In this document: piece by piece, positions 1-8,598 of the stretch
Numbering within the stretch: the first letter of the stretch is position 1
How the letters are laid out: every line of letters starts with the position of its first letter
Notes under the pieces: generated by a model
Seen by the model: only the letters and a program-made list of their open reading frames with translations
Database searches by the model: none
Told to the model about the DNA's origin: nothing
DNA from: Acidimicrobiaceae bacterium
GTDB taxonomy: Bacteria > Actinomycetota > Acidimicrobiia > Acidimicrobiales > Bog-793
NCBI GenBank assembly: GCA_027306715.1
Contig: DAHUZG010000078.1
Coordinates: 1 to 36,123, forward strand
DNA length: 36,123 nucleotides
Direction: 5' to 3'
Made by a program: the position numbers and the translations under genes

Positions 1-1
1 C

Positions 2-862
2 GAGCGGAAGCCGCCCTGGCTTCGCGCCCGCGCCGAGATGGGCGAGCCGTTCCTCGAGCTGCGCCGGCGGATGCGCCAGCTGCGCCTCGTGACCGTCTGT
101 GAGGAGGCCGGCTGCCCGAACATCTTCGAGTGCTGGGCAGACGGGACGGCGACGTTCATGATCAACGGCGAGCGCTGCACTCGTGCCTGCGGGTTCTGCC
201 TCGTCGACACCCGCCACCCGCTGCCGCTCGACCCGGACGAGCCGGCCCGGGTCGCCGAGGCGGCGGCGGCCCTCGGCCTCGCCCATGTGGTCGTCACCGC
301 TGTCGCCCGCGACGACCTGGCCGACGGCGGGGCGGCCGCCTTCGTGGCCACGATCGAGGCGATACGTGACGCCGCCCCGGGCACCGCCGTCGAGGTGCTC
401 GTCCCGGACTGCAAGGGCGACGAGCAGGCGCTGCGGGCGATCCTCGCCGCCGCCCCTGACGTGCTCAACCACAATCTCGAGACTGTTCTCCGGCTGCAGC
501 GCGCGGTTCGGCCGTCGGCGTCCTATGCGCGCAGCCTGTCGGTGCTGGCGCGGGCCAAGGCTGCGGGGCTGACGACCAAGAGCGGGATCATCCTCGGCAT
601 GGGCGAGGAACCCGGGGAGGTCCTCGGGGCGCTCGCCGATCTCCGCAGCGTCGGTGTCGACATCGTCACCCTCGGCCAGTACCTCCGGCCCTCGGCGGCG
701 CACCTCCCGGTGGTGCGCTGGTGGGCTCCCGGGGAGATCGAGCAGCTCGCCGGCGCGGCGCGGGCGATGGGGTTCGCCCACGTCGAGGCGTCCCCGCTGA
801 CCCGCTCGAGCTACCACGCCCGGCGGGGCGCCGAGGCCGCGGCCGCGGTCGCCCACCGGTGA
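2..862 (+). CDS. lipA: Lipoyl synthase (radical SAM); 5' end lies outside the window
   Basis: Frame is open from nt 2 (RKPPWLRARAEMGEPF...), so the track Met at 38 is internal. Contains CEEAGCPNIFEC (auxiliary Fe-S Cys motif) and CTRACGFC (CxxxCxxC radical-SAM motif). Stop TGA 860-862. Confidence 0.9.
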   Translation, partial: ERKPPWLRARAEMGEPFLELRRRMRQLRLVTVCEEAGCPNIFECWADGTATFMINGERCTRACGFCLVDTRHPLPLDPDEPARVAEAAAALGLAHVVVTAVARDDLADGGAAAFVATIEAIRDAAPGTAVEVLVPDCKGDEQALRAILAAAPDVLNHNLETVLRLQRAVRPSASYARSLSVLARAKAAGLTTKSGIILGMGEEPGEVLGALADLRSVGVDIVTLGQYLRPSAAHLPVVRWWAPGEIEQLAGAARAMGFAHVEASPLTRSSYHARRGAEAAAAVAHR

Positions 863-1998
863 GCACTGCGGCCCCGACGAGCCCGTGGGCGGCGCGCACG
901 GCGCGCTTCGGGCGCGCCCGTGCGGCGATGGCAGCGGCCGGGATCGAGGTGGCGCTCTGCTCGATCGGCGCCGACCTGCCGTGGCTCAGCGGGTACACGG
1001 CGATGCCGCTCGAGCGACCGACGGTGCTCGTGCTGCCCGCCGACGGCGACGCCACACTCGTCGTCCCGCGCCTCGAGGCACCGCGGGTGGAGGCCGGTGG
1101 CGAGCTGTTCGGGCTCCGCCCATGGCTCGACGGCGAGGACGCGGTCGGCATCGTCGCCGAGCTCGTCGGCCGCCGCCGGCGGCTCGTGATATCCGACCGC
1201 GCCTTTGCCGGCCTGCTCGTCGATCTCCAGTCGGCGCTCCCGTCGGCCGTCTTCGGACGCGCCTCGGCGATCTTCGGACCGCTTCGCGCGGTGAAGGACG
1301 AACAGGAGACAGCGGCGTTGCGGGCCGCCGGCGCCGCCGCCGACCGGGTTGCCGAGGCCCTCCTGGCTGGCGAGATCCCGCTCATCGGGCGGAGCGAGAT
1401 CGACGTCTCGCGCGAGCTTGCGGCGCGCCTCGTCGCCGAGGGTCACCGGCGGGCGAATTTCGCCATCGTCGGCTCGGGGCCGAACTCGGCGAGCCCGCAC
1501 CACGAGCCGGGCGAGCGCAGGATCGGCCGGGGCGAGGCCGTCGTCTGCGACTTCGGAGGGACCTTCCACCTCCCCGGCGACGCCGGCTACTGCTCGGACA
1601 CGACCCGGACCGTCGTCACCGGCGAGCCGCCGGACGGCTTCTCGGAGATGTACGCCGTGCTCCAAGCCGCCCAGGCGGCTGCCTGCGCCGTGGTGGGAGC
1701 GGGGATCTCCTGCGAGCAGGTCGATGGCGTCGGGCGGAGGATGATCTCCGAGGCCGGCTACGGCGAGCACTTCCTCCACCGCATCGGCCACGGCATCGGC
1801 ATCGAGGAGCACGAGGACCCCTATCTCGTCGCCGGCAACACAGAGGCGCTGGCGGTCGGGAACGCCTTCTCGGTCGAGCCGGGCATCTACCTCGACGGGC
1901 GGATGGGCGCCCGCATCGAGGACATCCTCGTGCTCGGCGCCGACGAGCCGATCGCCTGCAACAGCTCTGACCACAGCCTCCACGTCGTCGACGCCTGA
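859..1998 (+). CDS. M24-family Xaa-Pro aminopeptidase/dipeptidase
   Basis: Creatinase_N-like N-terminus plus M24 pita-bread core with the canonical metal ligands visible (CDFGG, YCSDTTRT, GHGIG, SVEPG, RIEDI). Start set to GTG 859 (GTGA overlap with the lipA stop, same frame as track ORF 721..1998). A start at 721 would overlap lipA by about 140 nt. Confidence 0.8.
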   Translation: MSTAAPTSPWAARTARFGRARAAMAAAGIEVALCSIGADLPWLSGYTAMPLERPTVLVLPADGDATLVVPRLEAPRVEAGGELFGLRPWLDGEDAVGIVAELVGRRRRLVISDRAFAGLLVDLQSALPSAVFGRASAIFGPLRAVKDEQETAALRAAGAAADRVAEALLAGEIPLIGRSEIDVSRELAARLVAEGHRRANFAIVGSGPNSASPHHEPGERRIGRGEAVVCDFGGTFHLPGDAGYCSDTTRTVVTGEPPDGFSEMYAVLQAAQAAACAVVGAGISCEQVDGVGRRMISEAGYGEHFLHRIGHGIGIEEHEDPYLVAGNTEALAVGNAFSVEPGIYLDGRMGARIEDILVLGADEPIACNSSDHSLHVVDA

Positions 1999-2083
1999 GC
2001 GGAGCTGAGCAGGGCGCCGGTGACCGAAAGGAGGGGCGGCGCGGCTGCCCCCGGCGCGGCCCGGTGCGGTTAGCCTCACCCTG

Positions 2084-2962
2084 ATGGCTACGAGACTGAG
2101 CGACGGCGTCGTGCCGCCGTCGAGCCCGGTTCTCGTCGTGGCGCTCGAAGGCTGGATCGACGCCGGGTTCGCAGCGGCCACCGCGTCGGGGATCCTGCTC
2201 GGCACCGTGGACACCGAGCTCTACGCCGCCTTCGACGCCGACGAGCTGCTCGACCAACGGGCCCGGCGCCCCCGCATGACGGTCGACCACGGCATCATCA
2301 CCGATCTCGTCTGGCCGGAGCCGACGATCCGTGTCGGCACCGACCGCCTCGGAAACGGACTGGCCCTGCTCGTCGGCCCCGAGCCGGACTACCACTGGCG
2401 CGGGTTCGTCTCCGATGTCGTCGCCATCGCCACCTCGCTCGAGGCGCGCCTCGTCGTCAGCCTCGGCGGCTTCCCGGCAGCGGCGCCGCACACGCGCCCG
2501 GTCCGCCTTGCCGCCACCGCCACCGACCGGGCGCTCGCCGCCCGAGTGGGCTTCGTCCCCGGGGTCATCGAGGCCCCTTCGGGTGCGGCCGACGTCGTCG
2601 TCGCCCGCTGCGCCGAGGCCGGCCTTCCCGCGCTCGGCCTGTGGGCGCGGGTGCCGCACTACGTCGCCGCGATGCCGTTCCCGGCAGCGGCGCTCGTCCT
2701 GCTCGAGTCCCTCGAGCAGCTCGGCGGGCTCTCGCTCGACTTGAAGGAGCTGCGCGAGAGCGCGGATTCGAGCAGGGAGAAGGTCGACCAGCTGATCGCC
2801 CAGTCCGCCGAGCACGCCGAGATGGTGCGCCAGCTCGAAGAGCAGGTCGACGATGCTGCCGGCGAGGATGCCGAGGGGTCGCCCATCGACGCCGGGCGGC
2901 TGCCTTCGGGTGACGAGCTTGCCGCCGAGCTCGAGCGGTTCCTGCGCGGCGAGACGCAATAG
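2084..2962 (+). CDS. PAC2 (proteasome assembly chaperone 2-like) family protein
   Basis: N-terminal VLVVALEGWIDAGFAA motif, length and acidic C-terminal tail are typical of actinobacterial PAC2-family proteins. Recognised by eye, no search run. Confidence 0.7.
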   Translation: MATRLSDGVVPPSSPVLVVALEGWIDAGFAAATASGILLGTVDTELYAAFDADELLDQRARRPRMTVDHGIITDLVWPEPTIRVGTDRLGNGLALLVGPEPDYHWRGFVSDVVAIATSLEARLVVSLGGFPAAAPHTRPVRLAATATDRALAARVGFVPGVIEAPSGAADVVVARCAEAGLPALGLWARVPHYVAAMPFPAAALVLLESLEQLGGLSLDLKELRESADSSREKVDQLIAQSAEHAEMVRQLEEQVDDAAGEDAEGSPIDAGRLPSGDELAAELERFLRGETQ

Positions 2963-2967
2963 CCGGC

Positions 2968-3717
2968 GTGGACGAGGCGACCGCGAGCGCCCTGCCGGTC
3001 GCCACCCCGGTCACAGCCCGAGCGGCTCCGGCTGAGGCCTGCATCTTCGACATGGACGGCCTGCTCGTCGACTCCGAGCCGATCTGGCAGGCCGCCCACA
3101 TCGAGGTTCTCGGCGAGCTCGGCGTCGACGTCGGTCCGCTCGTCGGCAGCGGGCTGACGACCGGGATGCGCGTCGTCGAGGTGGTCGCCCTGTGGCGGGC
3201 GCACCAGCCGTGGACCGGGCCGAGCGACGAGGAGGTAACCGACCGCCTCGTCGAGACCGTCGCCACGATGATCCGCCGGCGGGCGTCGCTGCTGCCCGGT
3301 GCGGTCGAGGCGCTCGACTGGTGCAAGTCGCATGGCCTGGCGGTGGCGTTGGCGACCGGCTCGACGATGCCGGTGGTCGACGCGGTGCTCGAACGTTTCG
3401 ATCTCGCGAGCCGCTTCGCCGCCGTCTGCTCGGCCCAGCACGACCTGCTCGGAAAGCCGCACCCGGCGATCTTCCTCCGCGCCGCCGAGCTGCTCGGCGT
3501 CCTTCCCGTGCGCTGCGCGGTGCTCGAGGACTCGATCAACGGGATCATCGCCGCCAAGGCGGCACGGATGCGGGTGGTCGCCGTGCCCCCCGCCGAGCTC
3601 GCCCGCGATCCCCGCTACGCGATCGCCGACGCCTGCATCGCCAGCCTCGAGGAGATCGGCTCGCCGGCGGTCGCCCGCGTGCTCGGCACCGCCGGGTCAG
3701 CGCGGGATGACCGGTAG
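2968..3717 (+). CDS. HAD-IA family hydrolase (sugar-phosphate phosphatase / beta-phosphoglucomutase-like)
   Basis: Motif I IFDMDGLLVDSE (DxDGxxxDS). Later motifs GKPHPAIFL and VLEDSINGIIAAKAA. GTG start. The 3' end overlaps the convergent gene 3697-5439 by 21 nt. Confidence 0.8.
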   Translation: MDEATASALPVATPVTARAAPAEACIFDMDGLLVDSEPIWQAAHIEVLGELGVDVGPLVGSGLTTGMRVVEVVALWRAHQPWTGPSDEEVTDRLVETVATMIRRRASLLPGAVEALDWCKSHGLAVALATGSTMPVVDAVLERFDLASRFAAVCSAQHDLLGKPHPAIFLRAAELLGVLPVRCAVLEDSINGIIAAKAARMRVVAVPPAELARDPRYAIADACIASLEEIGSPAVARVLGTAGSARDDR

Positions 3718-5439
3718 CAGCAGCCTCGAGGGCCGCCCGGCACCGGTGTAAAGCTCGGTGGTCCCGTCGTAGACCGCCGCCGGCCGGTGGTCGGGATCAC
3801 AGTGCAGGTACGGGCCCGAGCCCTTGTCGGCCAGCTCCGCCGGGTCCGACACCTCCCCGACGCCGCGGGCGAAGTCACGCCCGGCGACGGTGACGGCGAG
3901 GCGGTAGCCCGCCGGCAGCACCACGCAGGTCGGCCAGATCTCGACGTCGAGCTCGTAGACCTCTCCCGGCTCGAGCGGCTCGACCCTGTCGTGAGGGTGG
4001 TACGGCCGGTAGGGGAGTGAACGGTCGGGGTCGAGGCGGCGGTGCGAGGCGCGCAGGCACCCCTGGGCGATCGGCGTCAGCGGGTCCTGGGCGCCCTGGA
4101 AGGCGACCTCGGTGCCGTCAGGATCAAAGGCGCGAAGCGTCACGAACAGGTCGGCGTCGCTTGTCGAGGAGGAGACGAACAGCTTGGCGGCGACCGGGCC
4201 GGTGATCTCGAGCTCGCTCTCGAGCGGCTCGCCGAAGAAGGTGACGCCCTCGCCGAAGCCGTGGAAGGCACACCTCGCCGCCTCCCCGGCAGCGAGGCCG
4301 ACGCTCATCGCGCCGGCGTCGAGGTGAAGCGGCGTCCAGCGCGTGCGCGCCAGGGGCCACTCCTGCTCGTCGCGCCGGAGGAAGCGCTCTCCAGGGTGGC
4401 GGACGTGCAAGATGACCGGCGCCTCGTCGTCGAAGCCGTTGTCGACGCCTTTGAGGAAGCGCTCGAGGAAGCGCCTTTGCAGCTCGTGGCCCTCGGTCTC
4501 GTAGAAGAACTCCTCGTGTCGCCCGCCATGGACCTCGAGCCACTTCTTCGGCGAGCCCGCCCGGAGGTAGCCCTCGAAGTTGCCGCGGGGATGGATGCTG
4601 AGCCCGCTCCAGCTCGTGGCGCTGAGGAGCGGCACCGTGATCCTCTCGAGCTCGCCGGTACGCTCGCGGTGGAACTCGTCACAGAGCGGATGCTGCTTGA
4701 TCGCCTGCGGGAGGTCGATGCGGTTGGCGGCAAGCTCCTCCTCGCCGAGGGTCTCCGGGCCCGAGGCCGGCTCGCCGAGCCAAGGGTCGGTGAGCCCGCG
4801 GCTGCCGAGCCCGTGCTGGTTCCGCAGGATGCGACCGGACCACCAGCGCGCGGTGAAGGTGTTCGACAGGATGCCGCCGTGGTAGGTGCGCTCGCGGTAG
4901 TGGTCGCTGGCGCCGTCCCAGATCACGCAGGCCTCGAGGTGGGGCGGCTGCAGGGAGGCGACCTGCCACTGGTTCATCGCGTAATAGGAGACGCCGCAGA
5001 GCCCGACGCGGCCGTCGCACCACGGCTGCGCGGCCGCCCACTCGATCGCCTCGTAGTAGTCCCTCGTCTCGCGCTCGCTGCGAGGGTCGAGATAGCCCGG
5101 TGACCGGCCGGTGCCGCGCGAGTCGACGCGGATGACGACATAGCCGTCGGGCACGAAGCGCTCCGGGTCGACGGTCTCCCAGCACATGTACGAGGTGGTC
5201 GACCCCTCGAGCAGCTAGGGGTGGCGGCCGACGAGCCAGTCCCATTCCGGGCCGTAGCCGTCCTGGTAGCGGATCCCCTTGCCGTAGGGCCCGAGGGTCA
5301 TGATCACCGGCGCAGCCTCGTCCGACTGCGGCCGGAAGACGTCAGCTCGAAGCATCGTGCCGTCGCTCGTCTCGATGGCGACGTCACGCTCGATCGTCAT
5401 CGGCGCCGGCGTGGCGCCGGCCGTCGGCCCATCCCCCAT
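3697..5439 (-). pseudogene. CocE/NonD family (peptidase S15) hydrolase interrupted by an in-frame TAG at 5215-5217
   Basis: Track ORFs 3697..5187 and 5215..5892 are in the same minus-strand phase (5187, 5217 and 5892 are all divisible by 3). Read through, the protein is MGDGPTAG...ERDVAIETSDGTMLRADVFRP...WLVGRHP*LLEGSTTSYMCWETVDPERFVPDGYVVIRVDSRGTGRSPG...CGVSYYA, one continuous S15 hydrolase N-terminus. ATG 5439 follows a G-rich SD and lies 17 nt after the stop of the upstream SDR gene. Confidence 0.75.
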
Positions 5440-5456
5440 CGCTCGCCCCCACCCGT

Positions 5457-6239
5457 TCAGCTGAAGATCCGGCCCCCGTTGACCCAGAAGTCCTGACCGG
5501 TGACGAAGTCGGCGCCGGCGCTGGCGAGGAACAGCAGGGTCCCGACGAGGTCCTCGGGCCTGCCCGGCCGCTTGATGGCGCGCAGCGCTGCGAGGCGCTG
5601 CTCCATCTCCGGCTGCTGATCGAACAGCGGTCCGTCGTGGGCGGTGTAGTCCGGCGAGATCGTGTTGACGCAGATGTTGTACTGGCCGAACTCGCGGGCG
5701 AGGCAGCGCGTCAGGCCCACGATCGCAGCCTTCGTCGAGGCGTAGTGGGCGAAGCCCTCGATCCCACCGCCGTGGATGGTCATCGAGGAGGTGTTGACGA
5801 TCTTGCCGCCTCCCTGGGCCCGCATCGCCGGCAGCACGGCGCAGGCGCAGAGCCAGGCGCCGCGCACGTTGACGGCGAAGGCGAGATCCCATTCGGCCAC
5901 CGTGATCTGCTCCACCGGCTTTTTCAGGATCTGCGAGAAATAGGCGGCGTTGTTGACGAGAAGGTCGATGCGGCCGAACTCGCCGACCGCAGCCTCGGCC
6001 ATCGCCCGTGCCGAGTCGGCGTCCGAGACGTCGGTGGCCACGGCGATGGCCGCGGGTCCCGACTCGGCGACCTCGGCGGCGAGCTTGCCGGCTTCCTTCA
6101 GGTCGGCCAGGACGAGGCGGTAGCCGGCACCCGAGAGGGCACGCGCATAGGTGCTCCCGATCGCCCCTGCCGCCCCGGTGATGACCGCCACCGGGGACTC
6201 CCGCCCACCAGCCAGGTCGCCCGTTCCCGCAGCGCTCAT
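5457..6239 (-). CDS. Short-chain dehydrogenase/reductase (SDR)
   Basis: TGAAGAIG cofactor motif, NNAA, YASTKAA (YxxxK) catalytic motif. Confidence 0.85.
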   Translation of the reverse strand: MSAAGTGDLAGGRESPVAVITGAAGAIGSTYARALSGAGYRLVLADLKEAGKLAAEVAESGPAAIAVATDVSDADSARAMAEAAVGEFGRIDLLVNNAAYFSQILKKPVEQITVAEWDLAFAVNVRGAWLCACAVLPAMRAQGGGKIVNTSSMTIHGGGIEGFAHYASTKAAIVGLTRCLAREFGQYNICVNTISPDYTAHDGPLFDQQPEMEQRLAALRAIKRPGRPEDLVGTLLFLASAGADFVTGQDFWVNGGRIFS

Positions 6240-6274
6240 GTCCTCGTCCCGCCTCTCTTCGCCTCGCTCGTGTT

Positions 6275-6311
6275 CCGCCCTGCCGCCGGCCGCCCTGCCG
6301 CCGGCCGCCCT
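6275..6311. repeat. 15-bp tandem repeat CGCCCTGCCGCCGGC x2.5
   Basis: Copies at 6275-6289 and 6290-6304, partial at 6305-6311. Lies in the BKACE/SDR spacer. Flanked by CTCTTCGCCTCG at 6253-6264 and 6316-6327. Confidence 0.9.
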
Positions 6312-6351
6312 GACCCCTCTTCGCCTCGGCGCTGCCCCGCCGCCGCCGTGC

Positions 6352-7185
6352 TCAGGCAGCCAGCGCCGGATCGGGTCCGAGCCCGAGCATCTGCTCGGCC
6401 TCGGGCACCGAGGCGATCTGGCGGTCGAGCGCCGTGACGGCGTTGGCCAGGCGGGAGACGAGCACCTCGTTGCTCGGTGCGAGCTCGCCCTTTCGCAGGT
6501 AGATGGTGTCCTCCATGCCGGTCCGGGCGTTGCCGCCCATCGCCACGGCGACGGCGGTGAGGTCGAGGTTCGCCCGCCCGATGGCGATGCCCTGCCAGAT
6601 CGCGCCCGGCGGCAGCATCCGCACGGCGTGGATGAGGTTGTCGATGGTGGCTGCCATCCCGCCCTTCACGCCCATCACGATCGAGAACTGCAGCGGCTCG
6701 GCGAGCAGGCCTTCCTCGAGCAGTGAGAGGCAGGCGGGGATGTGACCCATGTCGTAGATCTCGAGCTCGGGCTTGACCCCGAGCTCGCGCATGCGCGCCG
6801 CCAGGCGCCGGACGCCGAGCGGCGGGTTGAGGAACTCGCCCATGCCGAAGCTCATCGAGCACGGGTTGAGCGTGGCCATCCTCGGGCGCAGCTCGACGAG
6901 CTTCTCGCGATCGGAGAACGGCACGTCGAGGCCGACCCCGGTCGAGAGCTGGATGAGGATCGGGGACTGCTGGCGGATCAGCTCCATCGCCCGCTCGGCG
7001 ATGCCGAGGTCGGCGGTCGGTCGCTCGTCGGCGTCGCGCAGGTGGACGTGCACCACCGCAGCGCCGGCCTGGTAGGCGGCGGTTGCCGCGGCGGCGATCT
7101 CCTCCGGAGTGGTGGGCAGGTTCGGGTTGTCGGCCTTCGTGGCGATCGGGCCTGTCGGTGCCGCCGTGATGAGGACGCTCGACAT
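6352..7185 (-). CDS. BKACE/DUF849 family beta-keto-acid cleavage enzyme (3-keto-5-aminohexanoate cleavage enzyme-like)
   Basis: VLITAAPTGP...TPEEIAAAATAAYQAGAAVVHVHLRD matches the BKACE TIM-barrel family. Start moved from the track's 7212 to ATG 7185, which sits 7 nt after AAAGGAGG. Confidence 0.85.
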   Translation of the reverse strand: MSSVLITAAPTGPIATKADNPNLPTTPEEIAAAATAAYQAGAAVVHVHLRDADERPTADLGIAERAMELIRQQSPILIQLSTGVGLDVPFSDREKLVELRPRMATLNPCSMSFGMGEFLNPPLGVRRLAARMRELGVKPELEIYDMGHIPACLSLLEEGLLAEPLQFSIVMGVKGGMAATIDNLIHAVRMLPPGAIWQGIAIGRANLDLTAVAVAMGGNARTGMEDTIYLRKGELAPSNEVLVSRLANAVTALDRQIASVPEAEQMLGLGPDPALAA

Positions 7186-7307
7186 CTGTCGCCCTCCTTT
7201 CGTGGTGCGCATCTTCGAGAGACTGAGTGGCCCTCGGTGAGGACCTCGTCACTGTTCGTGCTACCGCCAGGCTACGGCGCTGCGGTGCGGAACGCCCGCC
7301 GCCCCAT

Positions 7308-7349
7308 GAGCCGGCGGGCTCTCAGCCGGCGGGCTCTCAGCCGGCGGGC
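7308..7349. repeat. 15-bp tandem repeat CCGGCGGGCTCTCAG x2.6 spanning the cupin stop codon
   Basis: Copies at 7311-7325 and 7326-7340, partial at 7341-7349. Confidence 0.9.
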
Positions 7350-7675
7350 GCGACGATGACGAGCATCGAAGCCGGCTCGTTCGTCTCGTTGACGACGCGC
7401 CGGCGCTCGCCGGCGCCGAGCAGGACCGAGTCGCCCGGCTTCAGGACGACGCGCTCGTGCTCGTTCTCGACGGTGATCTCCCCGTCGAGAACGACGTAGA
7501 CCTTGTGGGCGTTGGTCGCGTCCCACTCGGCTCCCCCGTCGGGCAGGAAGTGCGACAGCCCGACCCAGAAGCCCGGGATCGGCGAGGCCTCGGCGCCCTG
7601 CAGGCGGAACGCCGCGCAGCCGTGGTGCAGCGCCGCCTCGTAGCCCTTCGCCTCGTTGCCGCGTGTGACGTGCAT
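7337..7675 (-). CDS. Cupin-domain protein
   Basis: 112-aa single beta-barrel protein (…KVYVVLDGEITVENEHERVVLKPGDSVLLGAGERRRVVNETNEPASMLVIV). It is only the C-terminal part of track ORF 7337..8578. ATG 7675-7673 shares one base with the stop of the upstream cyclase gene (TGATG). Confidence 0.7.
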   Translation of the reverse strand: MHVTRGNEAKGYEAALHHGCAAFRLQGAEASPIPGFWVGLSHFLPDGGAEWDATNAHKVYVVLDGEITVENEHERVVLKPGDSVLLGAGERRRVVNETNEPASMLVIVAPAG

Positions 7676-8493
7676 CAGCTGGCTCCTCCGCGCTCGATCC
7701 GGAACGTCCCCTCGGGGTCGACGATCGCCACCAGCCGGACGATACAGCCGTCGCCGCCGACCCACCGCCACGGGAAGGCGGCGATCGTCACCCGTTGGCC
7801 GGTCACCTCGTCGAGGTCGCCGCCGACGTTCTCGAAGCCGACGATCCCCTGGGAGAGGATGGCCCGGTGGCAGGGCTCCCAGAGGGCGAAGTCCTCCCGC
7901 ACCGAGCGCCCCGTCTCCTCCTCGTACTCGGCGATCGCCCAGGGCAAAAGCCCGTTCGGGGCGCCGGGCCCGTGCGGTCCGATGGCGGTGGCGAGCGGGT
8001 GGTCGAGGGCTTGGGTGTCGGTGCCGACGGCGCGCACCCCCTTCTCGGCGAACCACTCGCCGGCCTCCTTGTAGAAGCCGGGGGAGTAGGCGTAGTACAT
8101 GGAGCTGTCGCTGTAATGGTGATGCCAGCCCGTGTTGACGAGGACGATGTCGTCGGGCTGGATCTTCGGCGTCGCCGCCTCCAGATCCTCCGGCGTCACC
8201 ACCTCCCACTTCTTCTTCGGGACCGAGACGACGACCCCGGTGCCGAAGAATCGCCATAGCGGCAGCTCGTCGAGCAGCGGCGTCCCCTCGATCACGTGTC
8301 CCGGGGCGTCGACGTGGGTCCCCGAGTGCATCACGGTCGTAATTCGTTGCGTGAGGACGCGCGAACGGGCATGGTTGTGCAATCGCTCGATCTTCACGTC
8401 CTCGAAGTACGGCCAGCACGGGGTGCCGTGGCCCCAGCGGTGGCTCAACTCGTAGAAGCGGAGTCCGGTGACCGGATCGACCTGCACGGGCAT
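7675..8493 (-). CDS. Putative cyclase family protein (kynurenine formamidase / isatin hydrolase-like metal hydrolase)
   Basis: HSGTHVDAPGHV (HxGTHxDxPxH motif) and VGTDTQALD. Real gene is the last 272 codons of track ORF 7675..9402. ATG 8493 preceded by GGGAGG. Confidence 0.8.
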   Translation of the reverse strand: MPVQVDPVTGLRFYELSHRWGHGTPCWPYFEDVKIERLHNHARSRVLTQRITTVMHSGTHVDAPGHVIEGTPLLDELPLWRFFGTGVVVSVPKKKWEVVTPEDLEAATPKIQPDDIVLVNTGWHHHYSDSSMYYAYSPGFYKEAGEWFAEKGVRAVGTDTQALDHPLATAIGPHGPGAPNGLLPWAIAEYEEETGRSVREDFALWEPCHRAILSQGIVGFENVGGDLDEVTGQRVTIAAFPWRWVGGDGCIVRLVAIVDPEGTFRIERGGAS

Positions 8494-8502
8494 TGCTACC
8501 TC

Positions 8503-8514
8503 CCAACTGGTTGG
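8503..8514. promoter_or_regulatory. Perfect 12-bp palindrome CCAACTGGTTGG next to the cyclase SD (candidate IclR operator)
   Basis: Lies in the 105-bp divergent spacer 8494-8598. Confidence 0.3.
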
Positions 8515-8561
8515 CGTTGCCCTCGCTGCGATTCCTCGGGCGGTAGCATGCCAAGGTTCTT

Positions 8562-8577
8562 TGGGACCATCGTCCCA
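8562..8577. promoter_or_regulatory. Inverted repeat TGGGAC-CATC-GTCCCA (candidate operator)
   Basis: Lies in the divergent cyclase/IclR spacer, 22 nt before ATG 8599. Confidence 0.3.
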
Positions 8578-8598
8578 CCTACTAGGACGAGAGGTAGG

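Noticed and set aside
721-858. Upstream extension of the M24 gene to the track start at 721
   Set aside because: It would overlap lipA by about 140 nt and adds Arg/Gly-rich sequence. GTG 859 gives the common GTGA stop/start overlap and a sensible N-terminus.
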